Source: Eubacteriales bacterium
Lineage (GTDB): Bacteria > Bacillota > Clostridia > Christensenellales > CAG-138
Direction of reading: 5' to 3'
NCBI GenBank assembly: GCA_034933205.1
Contig: JAYFNY010000001.1
Location: forward strand, 79,920 to 143,919
Length of the DNA stretch: 64,000 bases
In this document: positions 26,894-34,573 of the stretch, one piece after another
How the letters are laid out: the number at the start of each line of letters is the position of its first letter
How positions within the stretch are numbered: the stretch's first letter is position 1
Program-made: the position numbers and the translations under genes
The notes under the pieces: model-generated
What the model saw: the letters and a program-made list of their open reading frames with translations, nothing else
Database searches by the model: none
Told to the model about the DNA's origin: nothing

Positions 26894-28150
26894 ATGAAAA
26901 CGAGAGCGGTGCGCCTCTATGGCGCGCATGACCTGCGGTTGGAGGAGTTCGAGCTAAGCCCGGTCGGAGACGACGGCGTACGCTGCAAGGTGATTTCGGA
27001 CAGCCTTTGCATGTCGTCGTTCAAGGCGCTGGAACAGGGCGCGGCGCATAAGCGCGTGCCAAACGACGTTGCGCAGAATCCCGTGATCATCGGCCACGAG
27101 TTTTGCGGCGTGATTGACGAGGTGGGCAAAAATTGGACGCACAAATTCAAGAAGGGCGACGGTTTCGTGATTCAGCCCGCGCATTCCTACAAGGGTTCTC
27201 TGGAAGCGCCGGGTTATTCCTACCGCGAATGCGGCGGAGACGCGACGTACGTCAACATCCCCTGGGAAACGCTGCATATGGATTGTCTGCTGCCCTACAA
27301 CAGCAGCGTCTATTTTTACGGGTCGCTGGCGGAACCGATGAGCTGCATAATCGCGACGTTCCACGCGATGTATCACACGCGGGACGGCGAGTACGTGCAC
27401 GACATGGGCATTGTGGAGGGCGGCAAGATGGCGCTGCTTGCCGGCGTCGGACCGATGGGACTCGGCGCGATCGACTACGCGCTGCACTGCGACCGCAAGC
27501 CGAGCCTGCTTGTGGTAACGGATATCGACGACGCGCGGCTTAAGCGCGCGGAGAGCATCTACAGCGTGGCGCACGCAAAGGAATGCGGCGTGGAGCTGCA
27601 CTACGTGAATACCGGAAAGGTCGAATCCCCCGTTTCAACGCTGCGCGAACTTTCCGGCGGGACGGGCTATCAAGACGTGATCTGTTTTGCGCCGGTGAAG
27701 CCGGTGGTGGAGCAGAGCGACGCGATCCTTGCAGTGGACGGCTGCCTGAATTTCTTTGCGGGTCCCGCGGACCAGCAGTTTTCCGCCATGATGAACTTCT
27801 ACAATGTGCATTATAGTCGCACGCACGTGGCCGCGACGAGCCACGGCAACACGGATGACATGCGCGAAGCGATCCGCATGATGAACGAAGGCAAGCTCAA
27901 CCCGGCAGCGATGATCACGCATATCGGCGGGCTGGACTGCGTGCCGGAAACGACGGCGAATCTGCCGAAGATCCCAGGCGGAAAGAAGCTGATCTATACG
28001 CAGATCAACCTGCCGCTGACCGCGCTTGCCGATTTTGCCGAGAAGGGCAAAACGCAGCCGCTGTTTGCCGAGCTGGACAGACTCGTCAAGCAGCACAACG
28101 GGCTTTGGAATGCCGAGGCGGAGCGTTACCTGCTGGATCATATCCAGTAA
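26894..28150 (+). CDS. Zinc-type medium-chain alcohol/polyol(-phosphate) dehydrogenase (MDR family)
   Basis: 418 aa. GHEFCGVIDEVG is a catalytic Zn ligand context, and LLAGVGPMGLGAIDY is the Rossmann GxGxxG. AAAGGAG RBS. Confidence 0.8.
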   Translation: MKTRAVRLYGAHDLRLEEFELSPVGDDGVRCKVISDSLCMSSFKALEQGAAHKRVPNDVAQNPVIIGHEFCGVIDEVGKNWTHKFKKGDGFVIQPAHSYKGSLEAPGYSYRECGGDATYVNIPWETLHMDCLLPYNSSVYFYGSLAEPMSCIIATFHAMYHTRDGEYVHDMGIVEGGKMALLAGVGPMGLGAIDYALHCDRKPSLLVVTDIDDARLKRAESIYSVAHAKECGVELHYVNTGKVESPVSTLRELSGGTGYQDVICFAPVKPVVEQSDAILAVDGCLNFFAGPADQQFSAMMNFYNVHYSRTHVAATSHGNTDDMREAIRMMNEGKLNPAAMITHIGGLDCVPETTANLPKIPGGKKLIYTQINLPLTALADFAEKGKTQPLFAELDRLVKQHNGLWNAEAERYLLDHIQ

Positions 28151-28166
28151 AGAAGAATCGCATATG

Positions 28167-28210
28167 GAACGAACAGCGCCGGATCGACCGATCCGGCGCT
28201 GTTCGTATTC
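28167..28210. terminator. Bidirectional terminator hairpin between convergent operons
   Basis: 16-bp inverted repeat GAACAGCGCCGGATCG / CGATCCGGCGCTGTTC, followed by GTATTC. Confidence 0.7.
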
Positions 28211-28227
28211 CGCTTTGAAAGGCAGGG

Positions 28228-29646
28228 TTATTTCTTTTCGGAAAATTTCTTGCGCTGCAGTTCGCCCCAGCGGCTCTTGTTCTTCTGAAAGCCGAACATC
28301 GCCTCGACTTTATAGACCGTGTTGAGCTGGCGGTATCCGAAGTTATCCACAAACGAGTAAAAGAACAGCTGAAGAAGCTGGCGGAAATTAGGATACTTCT
28401 TGAACGTGTTTTCTTCCAGCAGCAGGGCGCCGACGGACAGGATCGTTCCATACAGGACGGCGACGAGAAAGAAGGAAAGCATGAACCAAACGTTCACGAC
28501 GCCAAGCAGGAATGAAATCGGGATAAAGATGTAACCGAATGTTTCAATCACGGGGCCGGCCAGCTCGAAGATCCAGTAATATGGCAGGCATATGGTCCCG
28601 ATACGGCCGTACTTGGGCTGAAAGAGCATCCGTTTGTGCCGTAACAGCGTGTCGATCAGCCCGATGTGCCAGCGTTTGCGCTGTTTCTTCAGGTCCGAGA
28701 GCCGCTCCGGAGGCTGCGTCCAGCAGATGGGGTCCGGCAGGAAACGGACGGAGTATTTTCTCTTCTTATCGTGCATCAGCTGGTGCAGCTTGACTACAAG
28801 CTCCATATCCTCGCCGACGCAATGGCGCGTGTATCCGCCGACTTCGATGACGGCGGCTTTGCTGAACGCGCCGAACGCGCCGGAGATAATGAGGAGCATC
28901 CCCATAACGTCGAACCCGATGCGCCCGGTCAGAAAAGCGCGCAGGTATTCGGTTGTCTGCAGCGCGACGAGCGGTTTCTTTGAAAGGCCGACCTCCTTGA
29001 GTTGACCGTCCTCGATATCGCAGCCGCTGCCGATGCGCACGATCCCGCCGACGGCAATGCAGGTCGGGTCGCTGACGAAGGAGTAGATGATCTTGATGAG
29101 GGAACTCTTTTCGAGGATGGAGTCCGCGTCGATCGTGACGATAACGGGGTAGGAAGCGAGATTGATTCCGGCGTTCAGCGCGTCCGCCTTGCCGCCGTTC
29201 TTCTTGTTGACCACGATGAGCTTTTCATCCACGGCGGAACGGTAGATTTCCAGGATCTCCTCCGTTTCCAGCGATTTTTTGTAGGGCTGGTGAAAGGGGA
29301 GCAGCTGATAGGCGTCGATCAGCAGCTGAAGCGTATCGTCCTTCGACCCGTCGTTGACGACGACGACCTCGTATTCCGGAAAATCGAGCGAAATCAGGTT
29401 GCGTACGGAGTCCACGATGGTTGCGGATTCATTATAAGCCGGAACCAGCAGTGAGATCGGCACCATATGCTCCGAATCGAGAAAGCGGCGATAGTCGATA
29501 TACCGAAGGGACCGGACGTAGCGGTGCAGGCCGATGGAAGCGGAAATCAGCTGGATCAGATAGATCGTGCTGACCGTTATAACGTAGAACAGCGAGAAAT
29601 AATTGATCCATAGAACGATCTGATAGAGGACGTCGTGCGTGGACAT
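28228..29646 (-). CDS. Membrane-embedded processive family-2 glycosyltransferase (PgaC/IcaA/BcsA-like beta-glycan synthase)
   Basis: 472 aa with two N-terminal and several C-terminal hydrophobic helices. Motifs in order: LLVPAYNES, VVVVNDGSKDDT, GKADALNAG, TIDADSIL, VGEDMELV, QRKRWHIG (D,D,D,QxxRW). ATG overlaps the upstream stop by 1 nt (TAATG). Confidence 0.85.
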   Translation of the reverse strand: MSTHDVLYQIVLWINYFSLFYVITVSTIYLIQLISASIGLHRYVRSLRYIDYRRFLDSEHMVPISLLVPAYNESATIVDSVRNLISLDFPEYEVVVVNDGSKDDTLQLLIDAYQLLPFHQPYKKSLETEEILEIYRSAVDEKLIVVNKKNGGKADALNAGINLASYPVIVTIDADSILEKSSLIKIIYSFVSDPTCIAVGGIVRIGSGCDIEDGQLKEVGLSKKPLVALQTTEYLRAFLTGRIGFDVMGMLLIISGAFGAFSKAAVIEVGGYTRHCVGEDMELVVKLHQLMHDKKRKYSVRFLPDPICWTQPPERLSDLKKQRKRWHIGLIDTLLRHKRMLFQPKYGRIGTICLPYYWIFELAGPVIETFGYIFIPISFLLGVVNVWFMLSFFLVAVLYGTILSVGALLLEENTFKKYPNFRQLLQLFFYSFVDNFGYRQLNTVYKVEAMFGFQKNKSRWGELQRKKFSEKK

Positions 29647-30761
29647 TACGCCACCCCCCTTTTGCTGCGAAGCGCCTTTTTATCCAGAGCGAACTGCATC
29701 ATTTCCAGCGCGTAGCGATCCTTGCGCGCGGCGACGCGCCGGAGGATCTCCGCACAGTCCGCGCAGTGCTGCAGCGACTCCGCGGCGCGGTAGCGCACCC
29801 ACCATTCGGAATCGCAGAGTAAATCGATCAGGGTTTCGGAATTCTCGTCGGGGCCGTATGCGGCAAGCGCCGTGGCGACGACTGCGCGCAGTTCCCAGCG
29901 GTCGCTGCGCGCCAGCGCGAGAATCGCGTTGTAAGCCGGCGGATACGCCAGCATGCCGAGCGTCCGGACCGCGTCGATGCGCATATTCAGCTGCGGGCTT
30001 TCCAGCAGCGGAAGAACCAGACCGGCCAGCGAGAAATACCGGTTTTCACCGATCGCTTTTACGCAGGTGCGGCGGATATATTGATCCGCAGCGGTGCTGA
30101 TCAGGCGTTTGCACAGCTCTTCCCGGCTGCCGCGGTACGTGTTGAAGAGCTCTTCCAGCGTTCGGAAGGAGAGCAGCGAAGCAAGGGCCGCGTCCCGGCA
30201 GATGGAGACCAGCGCCTGTTCCGCGCCGAGCAGGCACAAGGAAAGCAAGCCGATATGCTGCATTTGCGGATTTGTCTTGTGGCAGTAAATCTGGTGCGTG
30301 ACGTCCGAAACATACTGCTGGAGCCCCAGCGTGCCGACGAGTTTTACGACCAGCAGGACGGAATCGACGCCGCCGTTATCGAACTGGCTCTGCAGATATT
30401 TTGCGTACCATGCGCTTTCGGCCTCCCGCCGGAGAACGGCCAGACCTTCGGGGTCCAGCTCGTCCGCAATCTCGGAGATCACGAGCAGGCCGCGCAGGGA
30501 GCGGATCCCCTGAATTTCGGAAATGCTGTCGACGCAGCCATCCGGCTGAATCATTTCGTAGATCTTGCTCTTGAGCCGGGTGGAGGCCGCTTCGCCGGAA
30601 ATCAGGCAGATCAGCTGTTCGCGGATCGCCTGGATACGCTTGTTCTTGATCGAGTTCGTAATGTGCAGCAAAAAGAGAAGCAACGTGATCAGAACGAGCA
30701 CGGAGCCCATAACGATGATCAGCCAGTTGACGATGGTTTGCACGATTAACAAATGGTTCAC
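29646..30761 (-). CDS. N-terminally membrane-anchored HEAT/PBS-lyase-repeat protein
   Basis: GTG start at 30761 with AGGAG immediately upstream (spacing is short). TM segment LIVQTIVNWLIIVMGSVLVLITLLLFLL. C-terminal HEAT-like repeats: LLESPQLNMRIDAVRTLGML, LARSDRWELRAVVATALAAYG, LLCDSEWWVRYRAAESLQHC. Confidence 0.75.
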   Translation of the reverse strand: MNHLLIVQTIVNWLIIVMGSVLVLITLLLFLLHITNSIKNKRIQAIREQLICLISGEAASTRLKSKIYEMIQPDGCVDSISEIQGIRSLRGLLVISEIADELDPEGLAVLRREAESAWYAKYLQSQFDNGGVDSVLLVVKLVGTLGLQQYVSDVTHQIYCHKTNPQMQHIGLLSLCLLGAEQALVSICRDAALASLLSFRTLEELFNTYRGSREELCKRLISTAADQYIRRTCVKAIGENRYFSLAGLVLPLLESPQLNMRIDAVRTLGMLAYPPAYNAILALARSDRWELRAVVATALAAYGPDENSETLIDLLCDSEWWVRYRAAESLQHCADCAEILRRVAARKDRYALEMMQFALDKKALRSKRGVA

Positions 30762-30830
30762 GCTCCTCTGATGGCGAGGTTGAATTTGCTTGCCTTCGCG
30801 GCCGATACCGCGCGATTCCGGACCGTCCGG

Positions 30831-33008
30831 TTACATAAGATCGGCGAAATACGCCGCGACGATCGGATAACTCTTTTTCAGCCGCTCGTGGCTGGTGGGC
30901 AGATCCCAGGAATCCCAGCGGTATTCGGCAAAAGGCACCGTGCCGCTTTGCTCGTTTGTAAAGATTCCAAAAGCGAACGAGTCCACGGTTTGCCCGGTGA
31001 TCGAGCCGGTAACGTTCCAGTTAGCGATGACGTTTTTGGTTCCGGGATCGCGCACGTTGAACAGCATCCAGGGGATGCGCAGTTCCACGATGCCGCCCGT
31101 TCCATAGAAATCGGCCAGCGAATTGTAAAAAACGCTCTGCGGATCGGTTATGCCAAAAGCCAGTTTTCCCGCGTCGAACCTGGAGAACGGAATGGTCGTT
31201 CCGGATTCCGGCAGGGTGATCCCGCGGCTCAGCGCCGCGTAGATGGGAACGAATTCGCCGGAGTTCTTCTCGGATTGGTGTTCGATTGGTTCCAGAAGTT
31301 TGGATTGCACCGAATACTGATACTGGAACACATCGTAGTACGGATCGGTCAGCACGGCGCTTGCGTCCCTGCCGTCGATGACAACGAGAAAGTCCGCCGC
31401 GTGGCTGAGCGGGACTCCTTCGGCCGTGGTATTCCCCTGACCGGAAATGGTATCCACCGCGATGCAGAACTTGCCGGTCTCAAAGTCGGGTCCGTCGGAA
31501 CGGATCAGAAAGTAGAGGTAAGCTTCGTCGCTTTTGACGGAAAGCGAAACGGAACCGTTCACGAGCAGCGTGTCCGCGCCGCTCCATTCCTCCGCCGAAC
31601 CGTCGATCGTTACGGCGGTCGATTCGCCCGGGTCGAAGGCAAGCAGGCCGAAGTTTTTCTCCGGGCTTTCCACATTGAGCCAGTAGGGACGGCGCTCCGT
31701 CTCCTCCTGATCCTTGGTGTTCCAGGTGCGCTTGAACCATTCGTCCTGCCAGGAGAAGATCAGCCCGCCCATGCAGCCCGTTTCGTGGATATCGCCCATC
31801 ATGGAAACCAGCATTTCGCCCTGCGCGGTTTCCTCCACATTGCCCTGGTTGAATCCGGAAACGATGTTTTCATGCGTCTTGCCGCGGGAGGTTGGAATGC
31901 CGAACTCCGCGACCAGCACCGGCATGGTATGGTATGCGTTGAGCTCGGTCAGGTAAGCGCGATAGGGATTCGGATTTTTCGCGTCGATATACTTGGTTTC
32001 GTAACTCATCAGGTCGGGATAATAGGGGTACACGTGGTAGGAGGCAAAGAATCCGGCGGTATAGGCGTCTGTCGCCTTGATGTGCTCCACGTCCACGCTG
32101 ACGGCGTCCTCCGTCTCGGGGTACGGTTCGCCGGGATGGGAAAGCGGATCGGTCGTTACCCAGTTGGTGATGGCGATCGGGCGCTGAACGCTGTATTTCA
32201 CCGTTTCATAGCCGATCATGTAGTCCTGCGCTTCGGCGAGGAACACTTCGAAGGGCGACGCGTCCTGCGTAGATACATACGTACCGGAAAAGGATGTTTT
32301 CTCCGGATTCTTCTCGTTCGTGCCCAGAACGAAATCGGCGGTGAATTCAATGCCCGGCAGGTAACCGATCACATATTCGGACACATCGCAGGTGTATTCG
32401 CCGCCCGCGTTTCCGGGCAGCTTCTCAACGGACGCGTTTCCATGCACAATGTCGATCGTGTTTTTCAGATCCCGATAGAAGAGATCCTTCAATTCGCCGT
32501 TGTTGCAGTATGCGTCGTGATAGGTTTCGATCAGATCCTCGTTCATATAGATGCCCTGCAAAAGATACAGCGGGGTTTCGGCGCTGCGGTTATACGTCAG
32601 AAGCGCCTCATAGAACGCGGGCATCAGGGGAACGTATACGCGGATGGTATTCGCGTGCATTTCGCCGATCCAGTGAAACCAGCGAAGGTAATCCTCCTTC
32701 GTAATGCCGAATTCGCCGGGCCAGTACCCCGGTTTCGCCGCGCCGATATTCACGCCTTTGACAAAGAACGGTTTGAACGTGCCATCCGCCGAGCGGACCA
32801 GGAAGGACTTGCCTTCCACGCGGGAAACCGGCCCCTGCACGGTGGCCGTGGGGCAGGGTGAAGCGGTCGGAACCGCGGTTTGCGGTGCGGTCGCGGTTGC
32901 TGCTGCGGCGTCGGCTGTATCCGCCGGGCGTGCGCAGCCGGACAGCAGAGAAACGCTTAGGATGCAAAGCAACACCGCCAGCTCAGGCAACGTTGGTTTA
33001 CGGCGCAT
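30831..33008 (-). CDS. Lipoprotein with glycoside-hydrolase-like TIM-barrel region and C-terminal beta-rich domain
   Basis: Start chosen at MRRKPTLPELAVLLCILSVSLLSGC (lipobox LLSGC); the track ORF extends to 33122. Barrel-like blocks: FVKGVNIG...MHANTIRVYV, VLVAEFGIPTSRG, GGLIFSWQDEWFKRTWN. AAAGGGGA RBS. Confidence 0.75.
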   Translation of the reverse strand: MRRKPTLPELAVLLCILSVSLLSGCARPADTADAAAATATAPQTAVPTASPCPTATVQGPVSRVEGKSFLVRSADGTFKPFFVKGVNIGAAKPGYWPGEFGITKEDYLRWFHWIGEMHANTIRVYVPLMPAFYEALLTYNRSAETPLYLLQGIYMNEDLIETYHDAYCNNGELKDLFYRDLKNTIDIVHGNASVEKLPGNAGGEYTCDVSEYVIGYLPGIEFTADFVLGTNEKNPEKTSFSGTYVSTQDASPFEVFLAEAQDYMIGYETVKYSVQRPIAITNWVTTDPLSHPGEPYPETEDAVSVDVEHIKATDAYTAGFFASYHVYPYYPDLMSYETKYIDAKNPNPYRAYLTELNAYHTMPVLVAEFGIPTSRGKTHENIVSGFNQGNVEETAQGEMLVSMMGDIHETGCMGGLIFSWQDEWFKRTWNTKDQEETERRPYWLNVESPEKNFGLLAFDPGESTAVTIDGSAEEWSGADTLLVNGSVSLSVKSDEAYLYFLIRSDGPDFETGKFCIAVDTISGQGNTTAEGVPLSHAADFLVVIDGRDASAVLTDPYYDVFQYQYSVQSKLLEPIEHQSEKNSGEFVPIYAALSRGITLPESGTTIPFSRFDAGKLAFGITDPQSVFYNSLADFYGTGGIVELRIPWMLFNVRDPGTKNVIANWNVTGSITGQTVDSFAFGIFTNEQSGTVPFAEYRWDSWDLPTSHERLKKSYPIVAAYFADLM

Positions 33009-33129
33009 TGCGAAATCCCCTTTCGGCTGCTTGCGAGGCAGTAATCGAACACGCCGGCAACCGGCGGAATCGTGTTTGCGGGAGTTGCCAATCGAAATGG
33101 AGCGGTTCCGCAACGGAACCATGCGAGGC

Positions 33130-33221
33130 GTATGGAGCGTTGCATGCTCTTGATACTCTGTATTCTATTCAAGGTGTATGGAACGCTGAATACTCTTGAT
33201 ACTCTGTATTCTATTGTTCGA
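33130..33221. repeat. 46-bp tandem duplication upstream of the exopolysaccharide triad
   Basis: 33130-33175 and 33176-33221 share about 37/46 positions, including an identical 23-mer CTCTTGATACTCTGTATTCTATT (33147-33169 and 33193-33215). Confidence 0.9.
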
Positions 33222-33286
33222 AAAGAGTTCCGTCAATGAGCGTTTTTTCGATGGAAAACGCAAAAAAATGACAGTGTGCCGCTCGG

Positions 33287-34249
33287 TCAGAATTCGCTGC
33301 TTTGCCGGCCTGCATCCGTGTAATAACGGACGTAATCGACCGCCATCCGCTGCGGAAACGCCTCCGCATCGACCCCTTTTACGCCGCCCCAGCTTCCCCC
33401 GACAGCGAGATTGAGGATCAGGTGAAACGGAACGTCGAACGGCCAGGAATCCGGCGTGGAATCTTCCGGACGGGGATACGCAAGCGTCGGGATCCCGTCC
33501 ATGGAGATTTCGATAACGTCCTGCGTCCAGAGCAGGCCGTAAACATGGTACCCGGCGTCCTTCCGTGTCAGGCGGGTATACGCGGTGATTGCGTTGTCGC
33601 TGACCGAATTATTTTGGTAGGTATGGAGGGAGGCGTGGACGAGTTTCGAATCGTACCCGACGCGCTCCGCAACGTCGATTTCGCCGGAGTTCAGGTATCC
33701 GCCGTAACGCAGATCGGTCGGGAGCAGCCAGACGGCGGACCAGGTTCCGCGGCCGGTCGGGAGCGCGGCGCGCACTTCCAGATATCCGTAGGTAAAGTCG
33801 AACTTGCCCTGCGTGGTCAGTCGCGCGGAGGTATATTCACAGGATTCGGCCGCTTCCCTGCGCGCTTCGATGATCAGCTGGCCGTCCTCCAGCCAGGCGT
33901 TTTCGCGCGTATAGCACTCCAATTCTTTGTTATACGGCCAGGGACCGGTTTCGAACCCCCAGACGGATTCGTCGATCTCCGCGGCGTCGAATTCGTCGGC
34001 AAAGCGCAACTCGTAACCTTCCGGCGGTCCGATATACGGGGTCGGGGAGGGCGTTGGCGCGGGGGTTGCCGTTGGAGATGCCGTTGGAGATGCCGTCGGG
34101 GCGGCCGCGGACGGGATTGCTTCCCGGTAGGCGGAAACAGCGGGTTCCGCGCGCAGCTGCGGTGCGCATGCGGTAACAAACGGCAAAGTGCAGAGCAGCG
34201 CCGCGAGCAGACGGCGGCCGGCCGGCCGGCGCATGGAACAGCGTTTCAT
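33287..34249 (-). CDS. GH16 beta-glucanase (laminarinase/lichenase-like) lipoprotein
   Basis: MKRCSMRRPAGRRLLAALLCTLPFVTAC signal, then an A/P/T/S linker. GH16 core with the catalytic ExDxxE-type motif (NSGEIDVAER) and WPFDVPFHLILNLAVGG. Confidence 0.85.
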   Translation of the reverse strand: MKRCSMRRPAGRRLLAALLCTLPFVTACAPQLRAEPAVSAYREAIPSAAAPTASPTASPTATPAPTPSPTPYIGPPEGYELRFADEFDAAEIDESVWGFETGPWPYNKELECYTRENAWLEDGQLIIEARREAAESCEYTSARLTTQGKFDFTYGYLEVRAALPTGRGTWSAVWLLPTDLRYGGYLNSGEIDVAERVGYDSKLVHASLHTYQNNSVSDNAITAYTRLTRKDAGYHVYGLLWTQDVIEISMDGIPTLAYPRPEDSTPDSWPFDVPFHLILNLAVGGSWGGVKGVDAEAFPQRMAVDYVRYYTDAGRQSSEF

Positions 34250-34412
34250 AATCGCCTCCAATGGATAGGGGGTGGAGCTTCCGTATCATAAAAGGACAAA
34301 TGTCAATTTCAGTATAATATACGCACGCGCGGCGGGTCAAATATCGTTTGTACGGCCGGGGATAAACGGGGCGTGCCGGCTCGGGTCACAAGGAACGCTG
34401 AACGCGGGAGCC

Positions 34413-34450
34413 AAAAAACGAAACCCGCGCGTCTTTTCCGCGCGGGTTGG
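34413..34450 (-). terminator. Rho-independent terminator of the module-A lipoprotein operon
   Basis: Minus strand reads AACCCGCGCG-gaaaaga-CGCGCGGGTT followed by TCGTTTTTTGG. Confidence 0.8.
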
Positions 34451-34573
34451 AGGAACGATTGGTTTGCCGCATGGCTTTATGGACTTGCCGGGCGGAAATC
34501 GTCGTTTTGAAACAAACTCACTTCGCAGCGATTCCGCTTCCGGCCGTTCTTATGCGGCGTTTCGCCGCGCCGT

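Noticed and set aside
30753-32861. 702-aa plus-strand ORF, plus many other long antisense ORFs (e.g. 309-1211, 2847-4067, 7255-8730, 9619-11058, 16022-17251, 21019-22260, 23105-24307, 48767-50353, 51958-52938)
   Set aside because: Each lies exactly antisense to a CDS with strong family motifs. They are R/G/A/H-rich low-complexity translations typical of shadow frames in GC-rich DNA, with no RBS and no recognisable domains.
33009-33129. c-di-GMP (GEMM-I/II) riboswitch in the leader of the exopolysaccharide operon
   Set aside because: GGCAAC and CGCAAAC strings are present but only 4 nt apart. The P1/P2 architecture with a GNRA tetraloop and receptor is not reconstructible by eye. It is reported only as an unclassified structured leader that needs an Infernal scan.
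33153-33169. 12-mer TAGAATACAGAG shared between the EPS upstream repeat (minus strand) and the module-B RR promoter (44859-44870)
   Set aside because: A single 12-mer match between two sites in 2 x 64 kb is expected by chance many times over. There is no flanking similarity and no TTACA repeats at the EPS site.
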